Assembly (NCBI GenBank): GCA_977017645.1
Contig: OZ360232.1
Location: forward strand, 37,696,001 to 37,760,000
Origin: Torpedo marmorata
Taxonomy: Eukaryota
Direction: 5' to 3'
Length of the DNA: 64,000 nt
Both the position numbers and the translations under genes were made by a program. Positions 23,434 through 34,704 of the stretch are shown here, in pieces. Positions within the stretch are counted from its first letter, which is position 1, and each line of letters starts with the position of its first letter. Under the pieces are notes generated by a model. That model was given only the letters and a program-made list of their open reading frames with translations. It ran no database searches and was not told the DNA's origin.

Positions 23434-23660
23434 GTAAAACACGAAAGTCTGCAGACACTGTGATTGAAGTAAAACACAATGCTGGAGAAACTCAGCAGGT
23501 CAAACAGTGTACATTATGTAGCAAAGAAAAAGATGCAAAGGTACAAGATTGCTACCTTGATGAAGGGCTTAAGCCGGAGACGTTGGTATGTGTCTTTATA
23601 TTTGCGATATTAAAGTACAGTGTTTGACCTGCTGATTTTCTACAGCATTGTGTTTTTACA
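23434..23660. mobile_element. Fold-back insertion of two inverted Penelope tails
   Basis: Arms ~23469-23535 and ~23590-23659 are reverse complements; flanked by an agacgaag direct repeat. Confidence 0.78.
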
Positions 23661-24802
23661 ACAAGACGAAGCAGCGATTGTCCGGATCATGGCCCACACA
23701 TATAATACGCAACACCTGATAATCACATATATACATAAAATATAACAGAATGCAAACGTGATAAATATTTCGGACTCATTTACTCGTTTCAATTATAAGG
23801 GACTCAAGGTTACGAGATACCGTTCATCAATCTCACAGCCTGTGGCAGTTCTGATTTTGCTGCTGCTGTACCTCCTCCCTTCTGGTAGTAGGTCAACGAT
23901 CCTGTGTGATGGGTGGTAGGGATCCTCAATTTTCTGCGCCCTATTTAAGGATTTTTAATGTAATATGCAATAAAGAAAGTAAAACCCATCGCCGAAGTGT
24001 GAATGAATGCATTTGACCTCCAGGCGTTACTTGATCAATTGAAAGGCCAAGGAGTTTGTGAACTCGCACTGAACGCCATGTGACTCCTTTATGTGCGCGC
24101 GTGTATAGTTGGGGTTATGCGTGAAAGAAAATAATTGTTGATAGAATCTGAGAATTATCGTGATGCTAATCACGTGACACTCTGTAAATGCAAAATGCCA
24201 AAAAACGTGTGGATTTGCATCTTTCTGGAAATTAGGCTGCAAATTCTGTCCCAGCCATAATTAATATTGTATTGTAATGAAGTAGGAATTGCAATCCTCC
24301 TTTTAATCCTCTTTTCTTTGAATTCGCTATTAATTAGCTCCTTTTTAAATTCCCGAAACCTGACTTCAATATCTGGAAGGTAAAACTGAAACAATCATAT
24401 TACTTTAAATCGTTAAATACGTTTTTCTTTTTGGAATACATGTTTATTGGTGAGAAGTATTAATTTACGCTATCAAAGAGGGGGATACTGACGTAGTTTT
24501 TGAAGAAACATATTTTGTTATATCCCTCACCTGCGATTACCAGATCAACATCTACATCGTTGCAAACACATATTTTTTTCTCCGATATGTCACGTCGGGT
24601 CACAAAAATATTGATGCCATCATTTTATTTTTTATTGATTTCCGAGTGATTCGTTAGGCTGTGCTATCATTATGGTCAAAATGCTCTGTAACTGTAGGAA
24701 CGATGACTTTCGAAGTTAAATGCTCAACACAAACTAAGGAGGCAATTTTTACTATTAATTAATATTTATAGTTGTGCACCAGGAAATGTTAAGATGAACC
24801 GT

Positions 24803-24950
24803 GCAGCTTTAAGAATTGAGGCTGTAGTTGTTGAAAGGAACTGGTTGTGTCGCTGTCTACCAATGAGAAGCTCAACCTCACAGATGGATCCATTGCCCCT
24901 CCCACATCCCGGATAAAGACACCGGAGTCGACGAGAAAGGCGAGCAGTGC
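24803..24950 (+). promoter_or_regulatory. Pcdh promoter with CSE
   Basis: GTCGCTGTCTACCAAT at 24849, 261 bp upstream of the ATG. Confidence 0.88.
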
Positions 24951-25109
24951 TTGCGTTGAGTTGTGTGATCAAGCTGAGAAAAACAACCTTCTCGTCTTTG
25001 TAAATACGGCGCTTAGAAAATATATTTCTACGTGCATTTTGTGGTAAGATTCTTTTCGGACTAATGGAGTAGAGGCCTGCATTGAAAAAAAAATATTGAA
25101 TGCGGAACA

Positions 25110-27485
25110 ATGGCGTACCCACCGAGATTTGCCTTCAGTGTAATTGCTTTCATATATCTCACGTATGCTCCAGACATAGCTTCCGGGCAAGTGCATTATT
25201 GTATTTCTGAGGAACTGGAGGAAGGGGCATTTATTGGGAATATCGCTCAGGATTTAGGCTTGAATGTACGGCAATTGTCAGCTCGCAAACTACGACTGAC
25301 CTCTGACGATGGAGGACGGTACATGAGGGTTAGTTTGGACGATGGGCTTTTGTGTATTCGTGAAAGAATCGACCGGGAACATATTTGTGAACAAGCAGCT
25401 TTATGTGCAATATCTTTCGAAATAATACTGGAACATCCTTTGGAGGTGTACCGCGGGGAAGTGGAAATTCTTGATATAAATGATAATTCACCCACGTTTC
25501 GGGACAGTAAGATCGCTTTACAGATGTCCGAAGTGATTGCTCCTGGGACACGTTTCCCTCTCAAGAGGGCGCAAGATCCGGACATTGGAATAAATACAGT
25601 TGCTGATTACGCCATCAGTTTCAGCGAGCATTTCAGCGTAAAATCACACATAACCGATGATGGGATTGTAACTGCCGAGTTGCTTTTAGAGAAACCTTTG
25701 GATCGAGAGGTGCAGCCATCCTTTCAGCTGGTGTTGACGGCGACTGACGGTGGGGTCCCTCCGAGATCCGGCACAGCTCATATTCTCATTACCGTACTGG
25801 ACAACAACGATAACCCACCTGTGTTTGATCAAGAGGTTTACAGGACCAGTTTGAGTGAAAACGGACCCTTGGGAACCTTGGTGATGAAAGTCAAAGCAAA
25901 CGATTTAGACGAAGGGTTGAATGCTGAGCTCACATATTCTTTCAGTGATCTTGCCTCGTCAAGAGTGCGTGAATTGTTCAGTTTGGACCGCCAGACTGGG
26001 CAGATAAGTATTAAAGGACCGCTAGATTTTGAGGAAGCGAACAGCTATTCACTCGACGTTCAGGCTGTGGACCACGGGTATCCTGCAATTACAGGACACG
26101 CCAAAGTATTGATCAAGGTAATTGATGCAAATGACAACTCGCCCGAGATAAAAGTGATATCTACTTTCATTAGCGTTCCAGAGAATGCTCCGCTGGGAAC
26201 TTTGATAACATTGATCAATGTCATAGATCACGATTCTGGAAAAAATGGGGAAGTGCAATGTGAGGTCCCAAAGAACATCCCATTTAGGCTTCAGTCGTCC
26301 TCGACGAACCATTATAAATTGTTTACCAGTGCACCTTTGGACCGTGAATCTGTTCCTGAATATAAAATATCTCTTGCCGCCTGGGATTTGGGGTTGCCTT
26401 CACTCTCAAGTAACAGAACCATCCAGATTATTATTTCAGATGTGAACGATAACGCTCCACGGTTTGCCAAATCATCCTTTAACATATACGTGACGGAGAA
26501 TAACACACCGGGTACTTTTATTTTCGCAGTAACTGCAACAGACCTTGACCAGGATCAGAATTCCCATGTTTCATACTCTTTTTTGGAGAACCTTATGCAA
26601 GAGTTCTCAGAGTCCGCTTACCTCAGCATTAACGCAATGAACGGCACCATTTACGCGCTACGTTCTTTTGACTATGAGGCCAACAAAATGTTTCGGATCT
26701 ATGTTGAAGCCCGTGACGCAGGGGTGCCCCGTCTGAGCAGCACTGCCACGGTCAACGTGATCGTTCTGGATCAAAATGACAACGCTCCTGTAATTTTTTC
26801 ACATTCAGCAGGAAGGGGTCCAGCAGCCTTGGAGATCGTGCCTCAGTCAGTGGGACCTGGGTACTTGGTGACCAAGATAAAAGCAACTGATTCGGATTCT
26901 GGGCAGAACGCACAGCTCTCTTATCGAATGCTGAAATGTACCGATTCCAGTTTGTTTGATGTTAGGTCGAACTCCGGAGAAATCAGAATAACCAGAACAA
27001 TTCTGGAGTCGGATGCCAACACACATTCTCTTGTGGTCCTGGTGAAAGACAATGGGCAACCGAGCCTCTCTAGCACTGTTACAATTCTCATTTCGATATC
27101 GGAGAACATCACTGACAGGAGTCACTTGGCAGCGAATCCCGAACATTTCCCTGAGCAAGACCTTTATTTAATAGTCATTTTCGGCTGCACATCTATTCTC
27201 TTTCTTGTGATCATAATTCTGCTCATTGGCATAAAATGCGCACAGGACAGAAATGCCATCCAAGGATATGCTTCTCCAAGTTGTTGTTACAAACCTGAAC
27301 ATTCTGCAGATATCTATGATCGAAGATTTGCTATGGAGGAAACATTGCGGTATTCTGTGCCTGGACGGATGGTACGTGTGCCAGAAGAGCCCCATTACTC
27401 GGTCTGTCTGTCTCCAGAATCAGCAAAGACTGACTTTCTCTTTTTGAAGCCATGCGCCATCCCCGCGTCTGAAGCGCAATGCTAA
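25110..27485 (+). CDS. Clustered protocadherin, 791 aa
   Basis: Same six-EC/TM architecture; tail HYSVCLSPESAKTDFLFLKPC. Confidence 0.97.
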   Translation: MAYPPRFAFSVIAFIYLTYAPDIASGQVHYCISEELEEGAFIGNIAQDLGLNVRQLSARKLRLTSDDGGRYMRVSLDDGLLCIRERIDREHICEQAALCAISFEIILEHPLEVYRGEVEILDINDNSPTFRDSKIALQMSEVIAPGTRFPLKRAQDPDIGINTVADYAISFSEHFSVKSHITDDGIVTAELLLEKPLDREVQPSFQLVLTATDGGVPPRSGTAHILITVLDNNDNPPVFDQEVYRTSLSENGPLGTLVMKVKANDLDEGLNAELTYSFSDLASSRVRELFSLDRQTGQISIKGPLDFEEANSYSLDVQAVDHGYPAITGHAKVLIKVIDANDNSPEIKVISTFISVPENAPLGTLITLINVIDHDSGKNGEVQCEVPKNIPFRLQSSSTNHYKLFTSAPLDRESVPEYKISLAAWDLGLPSLSSNRTIQIIISDVNDNAPRFAKSSFNIYVTENNTPGTFIFAVTATDLDQDQNSHVSYSFLENLMQEFSESAYLSINAMNGTIYALRSFDYEANKMFRIYVEARDAGVPRLSSTATVNVIVLDQNDNAPVIFSHSAGRGPAALEIVPQSVGPGYLVTKIKATDSDSGQNAQLSYRMLKCTDSSLFDVRSNSGEIRITRTILESDANTHSLVVLVKDNGQPSLSSTVTILISISENITDRSHLAANPEHFPEQDLYLIVIFGCTSILFLVIIILLIGIKCAQDRNAIQGYASPSCCYKPEHSADIYDRRFAMEETLRYSVPGRMVRVPEEPHYSVCLSPESAKTDFLFLKPCAIPASEAQC

Positions 27486-28580
27486 ACTGGAGTTATGATG
27501 TCAAAAATAACAGTTATTGCCGGTCTTCCACCCTTCCCCCAGAACTCAGAATGTAAATCATTGTGCGTGAAGACCTGACGGAAATATCCCCCTTGTTAAT
27601 GTTTCTTTTTTTTTTGTTTGCATAGGAAAATGTGCGTCAATTGTGCTATTGGTAAAAAATAAAAGTTTCAGTAACTGGTATCCAAGCAGCTGAAAATGGG
27701 GTTTGTTTTTACGACTAGTTGCCGATTACCAGAAATAATATGGTTATTATTAGGTCAATTGGACAGAGATCCGTAGAGCATTTATCTGGTTGTAGGACAG
27801 AAGTATTACAATCTGAACAGTGCTACCATATGGCTTGTCAAGCCATTAAAACACATTCCGTTTGAGATGCCGTGAATTCAATTTGCCCCAATTGTATCTG
27901 GACCTAGATTCTGCATCGTATCCAGCCAAACCCTATTTTGTATAAAACAAGCGAAATATGGCACTGTAGCGTACCTATTTGAAACGTAATTCTTATAATT
28001 TCACGGGGCTATTCGGATCATTATTACCTGACCTTAAAGGAATATTTTGCAATCACAAACGGCACAGGTTATGTAAAATATCAGACACAAAAAGCAGACC
28101 AATAGGTCTTTGCTGATACTCGACAGGACTGGGGAGTATACTAAATGAAAATGGGAAATATGAAAATTCTGGAAACATTTACGGTTAAAATGTTGGAAAA
28201 ACATAGTAGAGTCAGAAGCAGCTGCACAAATATGAACAATGTTCGACATTTTCTGTTTTTATATGGTGCGTAATCAAAGACAACTACACAACACCGAATG
28301 TGATACTTTATTGTGCTTATATGTTGAATAAAACCTTTGGATACTATTGAAGACAAACGGTTTATAAACTTTGGTTGAAGGCCGAATGGCTCCAGTACCG
28401 TTGGTACATATTTATTGAAAAATACATTTGAAGCGAAACTGTATTTGGAAACCTGGAGTTTCAATGCCGGAAAATGGGAACCGCATCTTACTTTGCAAGG
28501 TGAGATTTTGTGCTCTTTTAAACCAACTGTACCAAAATTATGTTGCGAACACCAAATTGTCAGTGAATCCTGCAGTTTTG

Positions 28581-28583
<3 letters not shown>

Positions 28584-28622
<39 letters not shown>
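28584..28622. repeat. (TC)n microsatellite
   Basis: Direct inspection. Confidence 0.95.
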
Positions 28623-28623
<1 letters not shown>

Positions 28624-29002
28624 GGATGGAGGGTGGTTATTGATGTGCGGGAAGTTATAATGTCGGATAATGTTTTAGAATTAAAGTAATGGCATAGAAG
28701 ACCAAGAGTAGATTTGATTCCCACGGTTAGGCAATTATAGCTTAGTCTACCAATTTATGGGAAACATCATCAAGGTAAACACAGTTTCGGTAATCGTTCC
28801 AACCTTGACATCTTAGTCACCTCAAACACATAAAACAAATTTGCTTTCAAGATATTTTGCGTTTAGTAGAAGTTTTAACGTCCAATATGTTTTGAGATGG
28901 GGATGCAGGTGGTGGGGGTTTACGCTGTCATAATTTCCCGTCCCTGGACTGAAGGTGAGCGCAATGTACTATTGTACTTAACAGCAACCCGTTTCACAGG
29001 TC

Positions 29003-29420
29003 CATAGAACATAGAACAGTGAAGCACACGAACAGGCCCTTCCGCCCACGTTTCTGCGTCACACATAATGCCCAACCTGAACTAAGGCACTGCTGCTTGC
29101 GCATGATATATATTCCTCTATTCCCTGCATATTCTGGAATGTATCTAGAAGTCCCTTAAATCCTACTGTTCTATCTGCTTCCACCACCACTGCAGCAAGT
29201 TCGAGGCACCAACGAGTTACTGCGTAAAAATGTTCTGCACATCTTTAATTTTCCCCTCATCACCTTACCCGCATTTTCTCCAGTATATAATATTTTTACC
29301 CTGGCAAAAAGTTTCTGTCTACCCTATTAACGCCTCTCATCACTCCACAAATTTCTAACAGGTCCTCGGTCAGCCTCCTGCGCTTCAAAGAAAACGACCA
29401 TCTCAGTGAACGAGAGGCCT
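29003..29420 (-). mobile_element. Degraded CR1 3' end
   Basis: catagaacatagaacag..aggcccttccgccc is the reverse complement of a CR1 tail; ORF 29296-29517 has RRRLTEDLLEI..MRGVNRVD. Confidence 0.75.
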
Positions 29421-30199
29421 GTTGCCCAGCAACAACCCTGGTTTGTAGAGACATGTTGGTGTTATCTCGACAGCGGGAGCAGAGTACCATCGTTGTCGCT
29501 GGAGCAAGAGGTTCCAATCAAACACGGAAATATGTTGATATATCAGTAGCGCTGTGGCGTCGACACAAGTGCGGTCGGAAGCTGGGTTAAAAAGTCGCCT
29601 ATATCATCTCGGTTATTTCCTGACGATAAGTCCCGACGCCAGACGCATATTGGGCTTATTACATTTGGGGACGGCGATAAATATTTTAGATTCATCACAT
29701 GCACGATGCCAGAACCAATATCCCATTTCGCCTCTGCTGACGAATTCGGGGACACTTGGCGAATTTAGAAGTTGATCTTTCACTGAGAGAATGGTTGTGG
29801 GGAAATAGCTCTGAGGAGCAATATTTGCCTGATTTATTTATCTTGAAATTGTTGCAGAAGACGTTTTGGAGATATTTCACGTTGATAAGGAGCATCAAGA
29901 TGTCCAAAATATTTACAGAAAATTTCTGATGGCACCATTAAAAAGAGGAGGCTGATTCCATCGGCTGTAACAGGTCAATTTCGTTAACGCATCTTGAACT
30001 GGGAGTTCATGTGGCACAAGGTCAATTTACTACCCATTTCACAAGTACATAAAGTGCAAGAGGGTAATCAAGGAATGAGAACGGCTTATTTCTGATCAAA
30101 GCAGCAATACATGCGTGGAACCACAGGAGGAAGGTAACAAGTAATATCAATATTTCTTATCGTTAATTGAAATTGCATTGAGAGAATTCAAGGAAGGGT

Positions 30200-30330
30200 C
30201 TGGTATTACAGCGCCAGCGACCCAGGTTCGAATCCAGCGCTGTCTGTAATGAGTTTGTACGTTCTCCCCATGTTTGCTTGGGTTTCCTCCGGGTGCTTCA
30301 GTTTCCTCCCACCCTTCAAAACATACCTGA
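30200..30330 (+). mobile_element. V-SINE (HE1-like) fragment
   Basis: B-box ggttcgaatcc and V-domain gggtttcctccgggtgcttcagtttcctcccac. Similar weaker copies at ~33108-33400, 37870-37915, 51050-51250, 51865-52110 and 62280-62480. Confidence 0.85.
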
Positions 30331-30339
30331 GCGCGCGCA

Positions 30340-30370
30340 TGTGTGTGTGTGTGTGTCTGTGTGCGTGTGC

Positions 30371-30421
<51 letters not shown>

Positions 30422-30463
30422 ATCGAGCGAGAGAGAGATATGGAAAGCAAGAGAGAGAGAGAG
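30340..30463. repeat. (TG)n then (AG)n microsatellite
   Basis: Direct inspection. Confidence 0.95.
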
Positions 30464-31139
30464 AAAGAAAGGAGGGGGAATTGGGATATATTCAGCGTAA
30501 GGGAACTGGAATACAGGAACCATACAACAATATTTAAACCAACAGAATGATAATTACGTGCAACCGAATTGGTAAATAACAAGTGTCTATTTGCCTCTTC
30601 CAGTAAGGCAATCGCAACCGTTACATGGTAAATATCTTGAGAAGGTAACTTTACTGGAATGACTGAGGTGTCTGTTTAAGTGAGGGCACATTTTTACAGT
30701 GGACATAATTATTTATATTCTGCGTGATGTTGCAGACTAATCCAGAGACACAGACACACTCCATGGACTCAAGAAAGCGGAGGCCTCCGGCCCGGCAGTC
30801 TGTTTGTTTCAATCCATGTCAAGACTAGCAGAGTCCAACAGACGACGCACGGGCGCAAATAAAAATTCAGAAGTTGATATTTAAGGGGAAATCAGCACCA
30901 TTGCCAGGCAACACAAGGCCGCACGGAATATGCTTAAACCAGTGGCAACGTCGTTTGCTTACCTTGGAATAAAAGAACCAGGACAGCATACAATAGCCAT
31001 ATTGCCATCATGAATGCAGAGGAAGAACACATGGAAGACTCCTGCTCTGTTGACAACTGGATGACACTGGATCATTTGGAAAACTTGTATTGCCGTAGTT
31101 CAGTAAGTTTACAGCTGACGCAATAATTGTTGGAGTTCT

Positions 31140-31966
31140 GGACAGTGGGGAAGGTTGTCAATTAATGTAGGAGGGTGAATACCGATTGAAAATTTGAGGA
31201 CAGAAATTTTAGATGGAGTTTAATCGGAGAAATGTGAGGTGTTGCACGCCTGAATGCCACATTTAAATGGAAAGTGTGCAGTAAATGGCAGGTCAATAAG
31301 GAACCGATGTTCAGAGAGGTCTGCGACTGCAGGTTCATAATCCATAACAGTGGCATTAAAAGTAGAAAGTTAAATAAAATGCATATGGGACGGCTGCCTT
31401 CAACGGCCCGAGCGTGGAATGTAAAAGTTGGGAGGTCTGTTGCAACCGTACAAAACCAGGCCATTTTTGGGGTATTGTGCGCAGTTCTGGTCGCCACACG
31501 ACAGAACCGATATGGAGTCTGTGGGAAAGGTTCGGAAGAGATTCACCTATACGTTGCTTGGATTAGAAAGTGCGAAGAGAATTTGAACGAACGGGTTCTT
31601 TTCTCTGGAGCATCGGACGCTGGGCGGGAGATCTGAAATATTATCATGAGCATATAACGTCTTGAGAGGCATAGCCAGCGTATATATCTTTTTTCAGGGT
31701 GGAAATGCGATTATGAGATGACACAGCTTTAAAGTGAAAGGGGAAATTTTAAAGCAGATTTATGTCGGCAATTCTTTACACAGAGAACAGTAAGTGTCCG
31801 AGAGCGCTGTCAAGAGAGAGTTAATGCACAGAGGATAGTAACGTTTGCGAGGCATTTAAATGGACGGGGCAGGGAATGGAGCGATGGCATTAGTTTAAAT
31901 TGACGTCATGGTCAGCACCGACATCATGGATCGAAGGACATCATGATGTACTGCTCTGTGTTCTAA
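31140..31966 (+). mobile_element. Degraded CR1 3' region
   Basis: gatggagtttaat..aaatgtgaggtgttgca, tattgtgcgcagttctggtcgccac, and tail ctgtgttcta. Confidence 0.75.
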
Positions 31967-33636
31967 GAAATGTTAGGCCCACCCACACGAGTACACGGGT
32001 GTTAAAGTGGACCTGAAAACACTTGACAAACGCACACAAATACAACTGCCAAGCGCTTTATTTTTGTTTTGAAAAGCGTGAGAACTCCGTTACAGCAAAT
32101 GGCACTGCCACTTGCAACTAATCTCACCACAGGAATTATCCCTCTGGCTCATAGGCTACATATATAAACAGAATTTTATCGGTTTTTCAGAACATTCATA
32201 CGGACTTCTCCTTATAAGTACAGAATTCTCTGGGGATTCATTAATCAGGGTCGTGTCCCTTACCCAATGATAAATAGTCTTTCATTGTCTTCGCCAAATA
32301 TGGAGTTGTTATTCTTCATAATCAGCTTTAACCTTGCTGAATAATCAAAGCATGCTGTGGAATGTTCTTTGCTGCTATATTATTTTGGTTACTACTTTAA
32401 AATATAAATTCTCACGGGAACATTACTGAACTCTGGAAGTGCCCGAGGTCAGGATTGTCTCAAGTTGCTGGATCCGTGAGGTACAGATCCACTAACTGCG
32501 CCACTGTGCTGCCCTTAAAAATCTGGAATATAGAAGCAACATCTGGTCACAGCGATGGCCATCGCAAAAAAAATAAAAATAGAGGATTATTGAAAAATAT
32601 CCGCGTGATTCGTAATATCATTCAGGACAGGAAAATTTGCATCGGAAATTGGTCTCTCCCTTTTGATGTTTTCTGATCCACTATGGTTATTGAATTATAC
32701 GACATTGCCGTATTTTACCATACGATCTGGTCTAACCCATTCGAACAACAGACAGGCACATCTTTAACCCCTCATATAACTGGCGGCATCTCCGTCAGTG
32801 CAGCTCTTCATGAATACCACATAAGAGAATTAGAATCTCCTTAATTGTTCTCCACCATGCATTGCGACTGCCAGCATCCCCCTCAGCCTCAGGTATGTCA
32901 CCCACTGTGACGCAGCACCTCAAGTTGAAGATTAAAGGCCTACTGACCAATGTTTAACAGAGCATTTTATGACAGCTTACCTAGTCCAGGCCTGCACCTC
33001 GTTCTATTTTCATTTGTGGCGGGAGCAACGTTCCTGTGGGAAAGATCGAGGCAGGTGGTTCCATCAGGGTAAACTCTATGTTGCCTCGATCAATTTCGTC
33101 TGCAGACCGCGCGGTGGCGCAGCGGTTAGTGTGGTGGAATCATAGCTCCAGCGACCCGGGTTGGATCCGAACCTCTGTGCGTTCACATTCTCGCCGTTGG
33201 AGTTTCGTCCAGTTGCTGTTATTTCCTTTCTTATGGCAACGGTTTTCCGCTATGTTTATTGGATACTTTAAATTGCCTAGACATGGAACACTGCAAAGAA
33301 AGCACACCATTGCGGCGTGGATGTGCATGTCCGAGAGATAATACGTTTCAGGTGGATTAACAAAAATGGGAAATTGGACAAATGGAGCGGACCAATTCCA
33401 CCTACAACTTCCCTACCGCCGGGCGAGCATGGACTAATTGGCTTCTTTTCTGTAGTTGTAAGACTGAAATTACATACTAAAACATTCAGCTCAGGGCATC
33501 CGTGATGTAATACCTACTGGACTTTCCAGTTGTAATTAAAAACTGAAAAAAGTGTAGTTTCTAGATGAATCGGGCAGCCAATTCCTATATGCCGAGCATA
33601 ATTTATACCTCAATTCTAACTTTTGTGGCCCTATCC

Positions 33637-33782
33637 CAGGTGTTCTCAACATTTTTTCGCACTCACATACCACCCTAAGTAATCCCTTATTAACCACAGA
33701 ACACCTATGGCATAGGTTCTCTGTGGTTAGTAAGGGATTACTTAAGGTGTTAGGTGAGTGGGAAAAGGGTTCAGAACCACTT
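33637..33782. mobile_element. hAT MITE, single unit
   Basis: 8-bp TSD CCCTATCC at 33629-33636 and 33783-33790; same family as 15521. Confidence 0.88.
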
Positions 33783-34402
33783 CCCTATCCTAACATACCG
33801 CTCGTTTCTGTTTTAGATGATTAATAATGGATAATCGTATATCCAACATTACATTTGAAAATTCGCCCCTGTCAGTTACTGTATCAAGGAAGTGTTTTCT
33901 CGCCATCTTCCATTAAATTTCCTGCCGCCGGGTCATGTATTCAGAAGAGAATTCATTTCTCATTAATTGTATTCACTGGTCTTTATATAGTTTGATTACT
34001 ATTCTCTGTGTTCTTAATCTTGAAATTGTCCAGCGGCCACCCTTCTTTTTTTTCTTTACTTTTAACAGCACCGGGTACATTTATTTGATACTGAGGTGTC
34101 CTTTCCCATCTGTTGTCAACCAGTGAACAGGTGGACTGCGCAGAATATTACTTTTATTGATAAGGTCTTCACCATGGCTAATCAACACCGACATGAGTGC
34201 TGTCCTCAGATGTTGTTAGCTTAATCAGAGAATGCAGTCCTTTAGTTCCGTATTTTTCTGCAGATACGTTGGTCGTTAGCGACTTCAGTTTAACTATAAT
34301 TGAACTCTGAATTGATACATAGATCTGCAAATGAAATAGAACACTTTATGTATCGCTGTTTATTTTTATGGCTGTTCAATGTTAAATATTTGTGAAAACG
34401 GT

Positions 34403-34550
34403 CTAGCTTTAAGAATTACCTATGTAGTTATTGCTGGAGACTGGTTGCGTCGCTGTGTACCAATCGGGATCTCAAACGCAGCGATGGATCCATTGTCCCG
34501 CCCACATCCCAGAAAATAAAGATCAGAATCTATGAGAATCGCGAGCAGTA
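34403..34550 (+). promoter_or_regulatory. Pcdh promoter with CSE
   Basis: GTCGCTGTGTACCAAT at 34449, 256 bp upstream of ATG 34705. Confidence 0.88.
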
Positions 34551-34704
34551 TGTAGGTTTAGATGGCGGGGTCAAGCTGAGAACGACAATCGGCCCTTATA
34601 CCAGAAGTATATCAACATATAGCGGTAACGATTTCGTGATTAAACTAGTGCTCCGGTTTAATCGAGTAGAGGTCTGGTTTCGGAAATTATTTCATTGCGG
34701 CACA

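Noticed and set aside
30206-30582. His/Thr- and Val/Cys-repeat ORFs
   Set aside because: Translations of a (TG)n/(AG)n microsatellite and a V-SINE.
34636-34704. 23-aa N-terminal extension of the third Pcdh
   Set aside because: Starts at GTG; paralogues all start at the aATGGCG equivalent to 34705.
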